Of a stretch of 30,356 bases of DNA, positions 1-9,300 are shown one piece after another (position 1 is the first letter of the stretch; each line of letters opens with the position of its first letter). Source of the DNA: Chitinivibrionales bacterium. Its GTDB lineage: Bacteria; Fibrobacterota; Chitinivibrionia; Chitinivibrionales; WJKA01. The notes below the pieces were generated by a model, which was not told the origin of the DNA, did not search any database, and worked only from the letters and a program-made list of their open reading frames with translations. The stretch is from assembly GCA_038247415.1 (NCBI GenBank), contig JBBRUX010000048.1:1-30356 (forward strand). The letters run 5' to 3'. The translations under genes were made by a program, and so were the position numbers.

Positions 1-271
1 CCGGCCCCTCTCCCACAGGAGAGGGGAGGGAAGATAGGATTTTTGTCAAACTTAATGCGACCTGACCTTGAGACCTTGCCCCCCGGCCCCTTTCCCACAG
101 GAGAGGGGAGGGAAGATAGGATTTTTGTCAAACTTAATGCGACCTGACCTTGAGACCTTGCCCCCGGCCCCTCTCCCACAGGAGAGGGGAGGGAAGATAG
201 GATTTTTGTCAAACTTAATGCGACCTGACCTTGAGACCTTGCCCCCCGGCCCCTTTCCCACAGGAGAGGGG
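1..271. repeat. Tandem array of ~82-bp units, each with a REP-like GC hairpin (CCCCTYTCCCACAGGAGAGGGG); may continue left of the window
   Basis: Units start at 1, 83, 164 and 246 (periods 82/81/82). They are identical except for a C/T in the hairpin and a C5/C6 run. Confidence 0.95.
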
Positions 272-307
272 GGCTAAGGCTCTCTTTTAAAGTCAACCAA
301 CACATCC

Positions 308-342
308 ACCTCCCTCTCTCGCCGGAGAGGGGCCGGGGGTGA
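308..342 (-). repeat. Inverted copy of the same REP-like element just downstream of the kinase stop; possible terminator or mRNA-stabilising hairpin
   Basis: GGAGAGGGGCCGGGGG (324-339) is the exact reverse complement of CCCCCGGCCCCTCTCC (161-176). Confidence 0.8.
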
Positions 343-352
343 AGTCAAATTT

Positions 353-2404
353 TTATTGATTTTTAACTGGCAGCGAAAAATAAAAAGTGGCGCCTTTGCC
401 TTCTTCGCCTTCGGCCCAGACTCTGCCGGCATGTTTATGAATAATCCTTCTTACGGTTGCTAGTCCTATGCCGGTTCCCTCATAGTCATCATTGCTGTGA
501 AGTCTTTGGAAAACACCAAAAAGTTTCCCCACATATTTCATATTGAATCCGGCACCATTATCCTTTACATACAGGATTATTTCACTTGCCGTTGCCATTT
601 CCCCGCATCCAATTTCTATTGCTGGCATAGTGGCTTTTGAAGAATATTTAATTGCATTGGCGATTAGATTTTGCAGAACAAGATATAATAAAGCCGGATC
701 GGCATGAACAACCGGCAGGCTTTTAATCTTCCACGTTATGGTGTTCTTGACATTGAAACTTAATTCTGCTTGCACCTTGGCAACTAAATCTTTGAGTTGT
801 ATTCCGGTAATAGATAAAGAAGCACGGCCGACTTTTGAAAAACGTAGAAGGTCGTCTATCAATTGGCCCATTTGTTTTGCGGATGAACTGATAATATCAA
901 GATACCGGCTGCTCTTTTCGTCAAGCGTAACACGTTTGTTTTTTTGTAGCAGCTCTATAAACCCGTTTATATGCCGCAGCGGTGCACGCAAGTCGTGGGA
1001 GACGGAATACGAAAACGTCTCAAGCTCTGAGTTTGCGGCTTCCCACTGCGCGGTTCTTTCAATGACGCGTCGGTCAAGGTCTTCATTCAATTTCTTCAAT
1101 ACATTTTCGGCACTTTTTCGGGTCGCTATATCGCGCGTAAGGATGTAATAGATAAAAACCATGAGCCCAAATTGAAGCGCAATAAAGGTAAGTATGATTG
1201 TATTTGCGCTGTTAGCGTTTTTAGTTTCTTTAGCGAGGCGTTCTTTAAGCAACGCATTCTCTGCAGTTTTCATTTCGGCAACCAAGTTGCGTATTTCATC
1301 CATAATAGCTTTCCCTGTTCCGCTTTCAACCCTTTCTGCGGCAGCCTGAAATCCTTTTTCTTTTCTCAGATTAATTGTGGTATCTATATATTCGATTTTT
1401 TTGTTGATAAGCAGTTTAAGATCGACACCAAAGGTACGGTACGTAGGATTATCGGCGGTCACTTGCAATAGAGCTTGTAGCGCTGAGGGGATTTTTGTTT
1501 TCGATGGATTAAATAACTGAAGAAATAAGGTATCTCCGGTAATCACATACCCTCTTGAACTGGTTTCTGCATCTTTCACCAAAGAAAGTACCTCTTCGAG
1601 ATTTTGTAAAACTTCATGTGTGTTCGCAACCATATTGGATGAAGCTTGAAGTTTACTATTACTCTTGACTGCAACGATGCCAATACAAAGAATAAAAAGC
1701 ATCGCAATCACGAAACCGGCAAGGATTTGCTTTTCCGCTCTTGTTGTGTGGGTGGATTCTTCGGGAAGTAAAAATTGAATGCCGATGGCCACAATTATCA
1801 GCGCTAGTGCTGTATGTAATGCAAGAGACGAAAAATTAAGATATGCGAACAGAATTGAAATGTTTGACACGTAACCGACAACGGCGACTGCCGCTACAAA
1901 AAGAACAAATGCATTCATGACTCTTACGATTAGGATTTTTCTTGCACTTCTTTTGTCAAGCATCAAAAGCGAAACGGCGATAAGCATAAAACAAAGTGCG
2001 GCATGAGGGGCCATCCTTCCTAAAAACAGGGGATTAAGTGCGTCCGGTTGATGCATAAGCACTTGATCGATTCCGAAATCTGCCTTAAAAACGTATTGGG
2101 CCAGTGTGAGCAAACTGATTGCCAGAACCAGCAACGAGAGCACAAAAGAAATGAGCCGGGTCCTTGTAGTAATGCGCTTTGGCTGCGACATCCACAGCGC
2201 AATTCCAACTAGAACAAAACATACTGCGGGGTTTACTTTTATGGAGGTAAATCCGGGCAGTAAACTGGTAAGTGCGGGAATATCCGCAAACCATCCAATT
2301 AAAACGGTTAGTCCGATTATAACCGAAGCACTAGCAGACCATTCGGAGATTATAAAGCGTCTCTGGAATTCATGCGGAACGGGAATAGTAGCATTAGTGG
2401 TCAT
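353..2404 (-). CDS. Membrane sensor histidine kinase: multi-TM N-terminus, CHASE3, HisKA, HATPase_c
   Basis: 683 aa. Hydrophobic helices; CHASE3-like 'VANTHEVLQNLEEVLSLVKDAETSSRGYVITGD'; H-box SYSVSHDLRAPLRHI; N-box NLIANAIKY; G1 DNGAGF; F-box LFGVFQRLH; G2 GTGIGLA. Confidence 0.95.
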   Translation of the reverse strand: MTTNATIPVPHEFQRRFIISEWSASASVIIGLTVLIGWFADIPALTSLLPGFTSIKVNPAVCFVLVGIALWMSQPKRITTRTRLISFVLSLLVLAISLLTLAQYVFKADFGIDQVLMHQPDALNPLFLGRMAPHAALCFMLIAVSLLMLDKRSARKILIVRVMNAFVLFVAAVAVVGYVSNISILFAYLNFSSLALHTALALIIVAIGIQFLLPEESTHTTRAEKQILAGFVIAMLFILCIGIVAVKSNSKLQASSNMVANTHEVLQNLEEVLSLVKDAETSSRGYVITGDTLFLQLFNPSKTKIPSALQALLQVTADNPTYRTFGVDLKLLINKKIEYIDTTINLRKEKGFQAAAERVESGTGKAIMDEIRNLVAEMKTAENALLKERLAKETKNANSANTIILTFIALQFGLMVFIYYILTRDIATRKSAENVLKKLNEDLDRRVIERTAQWEAANSELETFSYSVSHDLRAPLRHINGFIELLQKNKRVTLDEKSSRYLDIISSSAKQMGQLIDDLLRFSKVGRASLSITGIQLKDLVAKVQAELSFNVKNTITWKIKSLPVVHADPALLYLVLQNLIANAIKYSSKATMPAIEIGCGEMATASEIILYVKDNGAGFNMKYVGKLFGVFQRLHSNDDYEGTGIGLATVRRIIHKHAGRVWAEGEEGKGATFYFSLPVKNQ

Positions 2405-2777
2405 ACTTCGCCGCTTGGGTAATGTGAGTTATGAAGTAATGATCCATATTCTCTTCGTCAATAACCAAAGAAGCGCTTATGTGAATCCAAAACAGATTGC
2501 CATCGTCATGGAGATAGCGTAGCCCTATCTTGGTTGAGTGGGTTTTTTGATTCATTATCTGTTCGAAAAAGGTAACGCTCGACTGTTGATCGATGGGATC
2601 TATTGTGTCATGAAAGGATCTGGTAAGCAACTCAGTTTCTGAACATTCGAACAACGTGCACAGTGCTTCATTTACTTTTAGAGATTTACCATCATGGGCA
2701 CGCAGCGCCCTACCTTCAGGAGCCTTTTTGAAAGCAGTAGCAAAAACCTGTTCATGATTCAAGATTGAATTGGGCAT
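2394..2777 (-). CDS. Stand-alone PAS-domain protein
   Basis: 127 aa with PAS/PAC pattern (F..AF..AP.G.AL...DG..LKVN.ALC.LF...E.EL....F.D...P.D; RYLHDDG...WI..SASLV). Overlaps the kinase start by 11 bp. Confidence 0.8.
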   Translation of the reverse strand: MPNSILNHEQVFATAFKKAPEGRALRAHDGKSLKVNEALCTLFECSETELLTRSFHDTIDPIDQQSSVTFFEQIMNQKTHSTKIGLRYLHDDGNLFWIHISASLVIDEENMDHYFITHITQAAKYDH

Positions 2778-2780
2778 GTA

Positions 2781-3461
2781 TCACTTAATCTCCGGTCTGA
2801 TGATTTCTTTAACAATGCGAACAATTTCCTCCGGTGAAACAAGCGCGGTATTGATGGTAAGGTGATAATTTAAGGGGTCAACAAGGTCAGTCAGCCCGTA
2901 CTTCTTCACCCAGAGCCCGTTTTGTCGTTCTGCCTCGGCGATGCCTAATCGTGCTTGGGCGTCGGACACCCCCTGGGCTTTCATGGTGCATTCGACTCTC
3001 ATCTGTAGCGGAGCCACCAAGTGCAGACTAATAATTTTTTTGTTTGGCGGAAGGAGAAAGTTTGCTCCTCTACCCAGAATAATTGCGTTACCGTGGGCCG
3101 CGATCGAAAAAAGGGATTTTTTAAGACTTGAAAGATACTGGTCTGTCGAGAGACCATAAACACCGCTCATATCAGCCAGCCAATCATCAAGGTCGGAGCG
3201 TACCTTTTCGTCGAGTGTGGCTGCTACTTCTATGCTTACCTGTGCGTCTGCGGCGATTTGCTCAACAATTTCCCATCCATACAGTACCATTCCGAGCTCC
3301 TCGGCCAGCTTCATTGCAATGAATGTATCATCACACCCTTGCTCTCTGGAAATTGCAACGACCGGATTTTCTGGAAGAGGCCCCGTTATTGACTTGCTTT
3401 TCACCTGCCATACTTTGAGTTGGCCTTTTGCAAATCGCTCAAGCGAGTCAATTGTGGTCAT
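2781..3461 (-). CDS. Cytidylate kinase-like family protein (Cytidylate_kin2 type)
   Basis: 226 aa. VVAISREQGC degenerate P-loop, GNAIILGRGANFLL, LHLVAP...RV, DPLNYHLTINT. RBS AGGAGAGG upstream. Confidence 0.88.
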   Translation of the reverse strand: MTTIDSLERFAKGQLKVWQVKSKSITGPLPENPVVAISREQGCDDTFIAMKLAEELGMVLYGWEIVEQIAADAQVSIEVAATLDEKVRSDLDDWLADMSGVYGLSTDQYLSSLKKSLFSIAAHGNAIILGRGANFLLPPNKKIISLHLVAPLQMRVECTMKAQGVSDAQARLGIAEAERQNGLWVKKYGLTDLVDPLNYHLTINTALVSPEEIVRIVKEIIRPEIK

Positions 3462-3612
3462 GGTGCCTCTCCTGATTACTTTTTGAAAGGATAGTTTGTT
3501 GTGTCAACATGCTTCTTTGAGCGCCCGAATTATTGAGGTGCTCATGAGGCCTGGAAGCCTTTAACTCTAATGTAGTCTTTCGCGTACATTCCAAGCTGAT
3601 ATAAGATTAAGA

Positions 3613-3628
3613 TGCGAATAGTGTGCCA
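3613..3628 (-). promoter_or_regulatory. sigma54 -24/-12 promoter motif
   Basis: Minus strand TGGCACACTATTCGCA (GG-N10-GC), ~150 bp upstream of the 3461 start. Confidence 0.7.
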
Positions 3629-3651
3629 CTTTGGGCGTAGAGCAAAAAAAA

Positions 3652-3674
3652 GGGCTTATGCAATACGCCCATAC
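3652..3674. repeat. Degenerate REP-like imperfect palindrome
   Basis: GGGCTTATGCAATACGCCCATAC, just downstream of the lipoprotein stop. Confidence 0.35.
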
Positions 3675-3697
3675 GTTAGGGGCTTATGGCTGCGTTC

Positions 3698-3982
3698 TTA
3701 ATCGTGTCTGTATCGGATTTCGCGAGGGTAGTGTTTGCGTGGGAGATGCTTGCGCGGGCCTACGCGTGAGCTGGAATAATACCAGATGTTGTTCTCGTAG
3801 GTGTAATAATACCCATTTTGGTAATAGTCATTATGGGATGGCTCGAATTCTATGACAGCGGGAAGGGCAGGTACCAGCAATAATTGGCCATCGCGACCAA
3901 CTCCTAGCATGCATCCTGTAAATCCGATAAGCCCCACGATAGCCGCAGCTAAACACAGTTTAGCAAAAGATTTCTTCTTCAA
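3698..3982 (-). CDS. Small hypothetical lipoprotein with Tyr-rich mature part
   Basis: 94 aa. TTG start with RBS GAGGAG; basic N-terminus, hydrophobic stretch, lipobox FTG-C; sigma54 motif upstream. Confidence 0.8.
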   Translation of the reverse strand: MKKKSFAKLCLAAAIVGLIGFTGCMLGVGRDGQLLLVPALPAVIEFEPSHNDYYQNGYYYTYENNIWYYSSSRVGPRKHLPRKHYPREIRYRHD

Positions 3983-4026
3983 AATTAACTCCTCGTGAGA
4001 TGGTTTAGCAAAAGCAGCATCAGCAG

Positions 4027-4058
4027 GCAGCAGGGTTCAAAATTTTGAACCCTGCTGC
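4027..4058. repeat. Perfect 32-bp palindrome, REP-like
   Basis: GCAGCAGGGTTCAAAA|TTTTGAACCCTGCTGC. Confidence 0.9.
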
Positions 4059-4114
4059 ACTTCAAGCGACACTGAGCCCTGCGGTGATGTTCAATCGACA
4101 GTATCCCATTGAAA

Positions 4115-4130
4115 CGCAAGAATCATGCCG
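4115..4130 (-). promoter_or_regulatory. sigma54 -24/-12 promoter motif
   Basis: Minus strand CGGCATGATTCTTGCG, upstream of the lipoprotein gene. Confidence 0.7.
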
Positions 4131-4201
4131 TGGAATTGCACGGTTGCTGCATATCAATTCAGGTGTGTCCGGATTGTTTCCACGAAAGCAATTATCGCGT
4201 T

Positions 4202-4238
4202 TTCCCAGAATTGGGATTATGATTCCGGATTATGGGAA
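4202..4238. promoter_or_regulatory. Paired palindromic boxes, putative enhancer (UAS) for a sigma54 activator
   Basis: TTCCC-AGAATT-GGGAT at 4202 and TTCCG-GATTAT-GGGAA at 4223; starts 21 bp apart. Confidence 0.6.
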
Positions 4239-4380
4239 TCGGAGACTGGGAAATAAATAAAGAAATAAAAACCTTTAAAAGCAAAAGCTATTTTTTAGAG
4301 ATGCCGAGCTCGATATGATTCTCACCTACGACATCAAATTTCGCATGGTCAAGGCAGGGGTTAAGCAGGGGTGCAAAAGA

Positions 4381-4408
4381 GTGGAGGTTCAAGATTTTGA
4401 ACCCCCAC
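4381..4408. repeat. REP-like palindrome related to 4027-4058, downstream of the BON gene
   Basis: GTGGAGGTTCAAGATTTTGAACCCCCAC shares the GGTTCAA.ATTTTGAACC core. Confidence 0.75.
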
Positions 4409-4427
4409 AAATTCTAAATTATTCACC

Positions 4428-5084
4428 CTACCGGTATTGAACAACCAAATTATTATCCATTGTCCAAACACCCGGTGCATTCCAGGCTAATCGCGCTGCT
4501 TCATCTTTTTGATATAACGAATCTACCATCCCGGTTAATGTTACATGATTATCCAAAACCTGGACTTTAATGTTCTTATTGTTAAGCGACCAGTTATTGC
4601 TAAGCACTTGCTCCACCGCTTGTTTTTCTAGCTTGTCATGCGTTTCGGATTTAATAGTGATGTTATTTGAAACGCCTCTTACGCCCATAAGATTAACTAT
4701 GGTTTTTTTTGCTTCTTGTTTTTGAGAATTCCATTGCACTTCGCCTTCGAGTGTTACCCACCCATTTTCAACTTTTACCTTTATTTTATCAGCGGGAATA
4801 TCCCAATGCCAACCCCAGGCATTTAATACTCCTTTAGCAATTTCAGCATCATTTTTAATATATGAGCTTTCGAATTTAACCTCAATCGATTCGGCAACAG
4901 CCAATACACCTGCAACGCTTTTAGCTGCATTTTCAGCTTCCAATTTCTTAGAATAACTATCCACAACTCCTGTAAGGGAGACGATGCCGTCTTTTGCAAC
5001 TACACCAATTTCTGCAGCATTCAATAATCGTTCCCATTTGATCGCGTTTTGAACGTCTTTTTGTAATTGTTCATTCGTTTTCAT
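4428..5084 (-). CDS. BON-domain protein (3 BON repeats, OsmY-like), no signal peptide
   Basis: Repeated 'I.V....G.V.L.G.V......K..A...A..V.GV..V.N.I.V' motifs. Start placed at MKTNEQLQ (5084); the ORF track extends to 5117. Confidence 0.9.
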   Translation of the reverse strand: MKTNEQLQKDVQNAIKWERLLNAAEIGVVAKDGIVSLTGVVDSYSKKLEAENAAKSVAGVLAVAESIEVKFESSYIKNDAEIAKGVLNAWGWHWDIPADKIKVKVENGWVTLEGEVQWNSQKQEAKKTIVNLMGVRGVSNNITIKSETHDKLEKQAVEQVLSNNWSLNNKNIKVQVLDNHVTLTGMVDSLYQKDEAARLAWNAPGVWTMDNNLVVQYR

Positions 5085-5129
5085 TTTTTTCTCTCTTTGT
5101 TGGTTGCTCATAAACAATTGTAAATAAGG

Positions 5130-5158
5130 TTGCTTGCAAAAAAATATTCTGCAAGCAA
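5130..5158. terminator. Hairpin between the two BON genes; possible terminator or processing site
   Basis: TTGCTTGCA-N11-TGCAAGCAA. Confidence 0.35.
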
Positions 5159-5218
5159 TGAATCATTATCAGATAGAATCCTTTGTTCTGGCATGATTAT
5201 TGACTCAAGAAGAACCAT

Positions 5219-5980
5219 TTACCCAAGAGTGAGTTCGTTTTTAACGCTTTTAACACCTTTAATATTGTCGACAAGCTTTCCCACCAAATCCCTTTCGGCA
5301 CTATTCTTTGCAATACCTCTCACCGTTACCACGCCATCCTTTGTGTCAACTCTTGTTCCCATGGCGCTTGTAGATCGATGAAACAGAAGCGCGATCTTTA
5401 CCTGTGCGGTGATGGATGCGTCATCGATATACTCTGATACTTTTTCCACAACCGTTGGCTCGGTTTTTTGGACGGTCATGTTATTTTTGATGCCCTTAAC
5501 TCCGTTAACATCGTTGACAAATTCTGCTGTTAGTTCCTTTTGGGCAACGCTTATGGCTTCGCCACCTAAGGTGACAATACCATCTTTCACATCTACCTTT
5601 GTATTGATACTACTGACATTTCGGCCAAAAAGAAGTGAGGTTTTCACTTTTACAGCAAGCCATACGTCTGAATTCTCTGCGGGATATCCACCCTTGACTT
5701 CAAGTTTGTTGTTTACATGTTTGACTCCTGGAAGGCTAGCCACCGTTTCTTCGGCAAGCGAGCGATGCGACCATTCCAAGACTGTGCCGGTTAGTGTCAC
5801 TGAGCTGTCGTTATCTGTGTGAATTTTGATGTCATCCCCATTCAGATATTTCACGAAAACATAGGATTTCTTTGCCGACGCCTCCGTGCGATCGCTCATG
5901 GGTGTTGCCAACACTGTTCCACTGATCCCCAGCGCAACAACTGTGGCTACCATTGTAGGTACGAAATGATGTTTCTGCAT
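5219..5980 (-). CDS. Exported BON-domain protein (3 BON repeats, OsmY-like)
   Basis: 253 aa. Signal peptide ending VLA; three BON repeats; 'IDDASITAQVKIALL'; RBS AAGGAG. Confidence 0.92.
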   Translation of the reverse strand: MQKHHFVPTMVATVVALGISGTVLATPMSDRTEASAKKSYVFVKYLNGDDIKIHTDNDSSVTLTGTVLEWSHRSLAEETVASLPGVKHVNNKLEVKGGYPAENSDVWLAVKVKTSLLFGRNVSSINTKVDVKDGIVTLGGEAISVAQKELTAEFVNDVNGVKGIKNNMTVQKTEPTVVEKVSEYIDDASITAQVKIALLFHRSTSAMGTRVDTKDGVVTVRGIAKNSAERDLVGKLVDNIKGVKSVKNELTLG

Positions 5981-6068
5981 GGTAAAGACTCCTTCTGATA
6001 TGTGAAATACTGCTCCAACTCAAGGTAATTCCTTGATTTGGCATTATCTGACGTGGCAGTTACTACTT

Positions 6069-6084
6069 TGCAATAACAGTGCCA
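6069..6084 (-). promoter_or_regulatory. sigma54 -24/-12 promoter motif for the BON genes
   Basis: Minus strand TGGCACTGTTATTGCA, a near-consensus match. Confidence 0.85.
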
Positions 6085-6122
6085 GAGCAGGTTTTCGCGG
6101 ATACGCGAGCTGATAAAGCTTT

Positions 6123-6138
6123 TGGCCTGATTGTTGCG
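6123..6138 (+). promoter_or_regulatory. sigma54 -24/-12 promoter motif for the glucan synthase
   Basis: Plus strand TGGCCTGATTGTTGCG (GG-N10-GC), divergent from 6069-6084. Confidence 0.65.
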
Positions 6139-6226
6139 CTTGATATGATCAATGCAATTGCCCCCAGCACATTAGAGGGTCAGGGGCCAGACACGAACCT
6201 TCTTGCTTGAGAATGCTTCATCTGAT

Positions 6227-6263
6227 TTCCCATTAATGGAAAAGCAATCTTCGAAAATGAGAA
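6227..6263. promoter_or_regulatory. Paired palindromic boxes, putative enhancer
   Basis: TTCCC-ATTAAT-GGAAA at 6227 and TCTTC-GAAAAT-GAGAA at 6248; 21 bp apart. Confidence 0.55.
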
Positions 6264-6350
6264 CACCGAACCTATGAGAGTGAGGATATCCTGAAAATCA
6301 GTATTTTTAGACACCTGCCAACATTTCTCAATCGACGAATCGCGCCACAG

Positions 6351-9300
6351 GTGTTTGCCACGCATGAAACACTGGAATATCCACTGTTAAGTGACCTCTT
6401 GAGTGCCGAACAGCTTGACAAGCGCGGGGAGATCATGGCGCAGTCGCACAACGTTGACCGAAGGCCAGATTGCGAGAGGTTGTTGGCACGATTGACAAGA
6501 AATGAAAATCTTTTAACGTCAACGCATGCGCTTCTCAGTGAAAATGAATTCACCAAGCGCGCCCTTCCCCCTGCTGGCGTCTGGCTGCTGGATAACTTCT
6601 TCCTTATTAAAGAACAGATCCAACTGGCGCGTGAGCACTTGCCCAAGAGATATAGTCTCGAACTACCTCGCCTACGAGGTGGGAACGCTGCAGGCTTGCC
6701 GCGTGTCTACGAAATTGTGCACGATCTCATCTCGCACGTGGATGGAAATGTTGACAAAACAAATATTGGAATATTCATTTCTTCTTACCAACGGCACACC
6801 TGGCTAAACCTTGGAGAATTGTGGGCTATTCCCATTATGTTGCGGCTTGCCCTCTTGGAGAAAATGGGAAGCATCGCTGCGCGAATTGCCGCTAACCGTC
6901 TCGACCGTGACATCGCCTATACGTGGGCAGAGCGCATGCTCGATACAGCGGGCAAGGATCCCAAAGACATAGTACTTGACATAGCAGATATGTCACGAGC
7001 AGATATCTCGATGAGTTGCGCTTTTGTAGCCGAAATGGTGCGCAAACTTCAAAGCCACAATCCAGCACTCTCGCTGGTCCTGACCTGGATCGAACAACGT
7101 CTGGCCCAGCAAGGCCAGACTATTGAGCGGCAGGTGCAGCTCAACAGCCAACAACAGACAACAAACGCGATTGCTATTGGAAATTGCATTTCTAGTTTAA
7201 GAACCCTAACGTCTATTGACTGGAAGAAATTCGTAGAATCCAACAGCCGCGTGGAAGCAATTCTCTGTGGTGACAGGCTCTACGCTGCAATGGACTTCGC
7301 TACGCGCGATACGTATCGGCATGTTGTTGAAAAGCTGGCGCGACGTAATCACACAACCGAGGAATCTGTTGCATTACAAGCGATAGAACTGTCAAGAAAT
7401 ATATCCGGTAATCCCCGCATGGCTCATGTTGGATTTTTTCTGATTGATCGCGGGCTAAAAGCCTTGCAGGGTGAGCTTGCAGTTGGTTCTAAAGCCAAGG
7501 CCCCGGCGCCCTCTACCGCACGAGGGGTTTCGCTCGTGGTGTATGTGGGATCAACGTTTTTTTTGACGGCCGTTCTTACGGCACTTACTATAGTGGGAAT
7601 AAAGTCTGCAGGGGAAATTTCGCTCTGGGTTGTGAGTATCTTGATGTTTGTTGGAATTAGTCAGGCCGCATTTTCTTTTGTAAATTGGGCTGCCACGATA
7701 TTTGTTCACCCCCATATGCTTCCCCGCATGGACTTCTCTGCGGGCATTCCGCCCGAAAATTGCACCCTGATTACCGTTCCCGCAATGCTTGTGGATGAAC
7801 GATCTGTAAGCGTACTTTTGGATAAAATGGAAGTGTGTTTTCTTTCGAACCGTTCCGAAAATCTCTATTTCAGTCTTTTGACGGATTTCGAAGATGCCAG
7901 CTCGCAAAATGTACCAAGCGACCCCATTTTGATTGACTTGGCGCGCAAGGGAATTTCGCACCTTAACAACACATATTCTCGAAATGGATGTCGCCCATTT
8001 CTGTTTTTTCACCGCACACGGGAGTGGAATATACACGACCGACTATGGATGGGATATGAGCGCAAGAGAGGAAAACTCAAAGCTCTCAACGATTTTCTGC
8101 GATCGTGCGGAAGTGAAGACCTTCTTATTGAAGGCGATAGGGCTATTGCCTTGTCTGTAAAGTATGTTATTACACTCGACACCGACACTGATCTGCCGCG
8201 CGATTGCGCCCGACATCTGATTGAGACCATGGCGCACCCGCTCAATGTTCCCATATATGATAGTGTTAAACATCGTATTGTTGACGGGTACGCAATCTTG
8301 CAGCCCCGAGTTGTTTCGAGCCTGCCCGCAATTGGAGCCTCGTGGTACTCTCGGCTTTTTGGCAGTGACTCCGGTATCGACCCTTACACGCGTGCTGTTT
8401 CCGACATTTATCAAGACCTTTTTGCGGAAGGTTCGTTTATCGGAAAAGGCATTTATGATGTTGATGCATTTGCCAAAGTATTGACTAATAGGTTTCCGGA
8501 GAATCGTATTTTGAGTCATGATCTTTTGGAAGGCACGTATTGCAGGTCTGGGCTTGTAAGTGATGTTCAAGTCGTGGATGCCTTCCCGCAACGCTACAGC
8601 CAGGACCATGCACGACGCTACCGATGGATACGCGGAGACTGGCAGATTGCAGCATGGCTGGGTCGAAGGGTTCCCGGTGTCAACAAGAAACACGAGATTT
8701 CCCCGCTCTCTTTGTTGTCACAGTGGAAATTGTTCGATAATCTGCGGCGCAGTTTAATTCCGGCGGGACTACTACTCTTGATTGTTGTCTCATGGCTTTT
8801 TGTTGTGCCGTCCTGGCTTGGGATTGCTGTTGTCCTTGGAGTTTTTTTGCTTCCGGGATTGCCTGCACTTGCCATGAAATCGGTGCAAAGACCAATCAGG
8901 TATCCGCTCTTCACGCACGTAGGATCCTTTGTTGGCTCAGTTGGTGTCCATTTTTTCCAGGCATTTTTCGCTCTTGCGATTCTTCCCCACGAAGCTCTAT
9001 CCAATCTCGATGCGGTTGTGCGCACATGGTGGAGAATACGAATTTCTCACCGTAACTTGCTTGAGTGGAGAGCTTCGGGAAAAGCAACGCATGCGCGGTC
9101 GACGGGGATATGGGCCCACTTTCAACTGATGGCCATAGCGCCGCTTTTTGCACTTGCGGTTGGTGCGCTTCTGTTTACGGGAAGTTCGCTTCTTGTTTGG
9201 ATTATGCTTGGCGTGTGGTTCGGATCGCCTTTGCTGATCTGGTGGATGAGCCGTCCTCTTTCCCCACGCACATCAAACCTTTCTGTCAACCAGCGGGTAT

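Noticed and set aside
1..271. CRISPR array
   Set aside because: The sequences between hairpins are identical, not unique spacers, and no cas genes are present.
52..277. 69-aa ORFs on both strands
   Set aside because: They are translations of the tandem repeat, with no RBS, and the C5/C6 variation shifts the frame.
5152..5170. Fur box (AATCATTATC)
   Set aside because: Only one half matches the 19-bp consensus.
5189..5204. Plus-strand sigma54-like TGGCATGATTATTGAC
   Set aside because: The -12 GC is replaced by GA and it points antisense into a BON gene.
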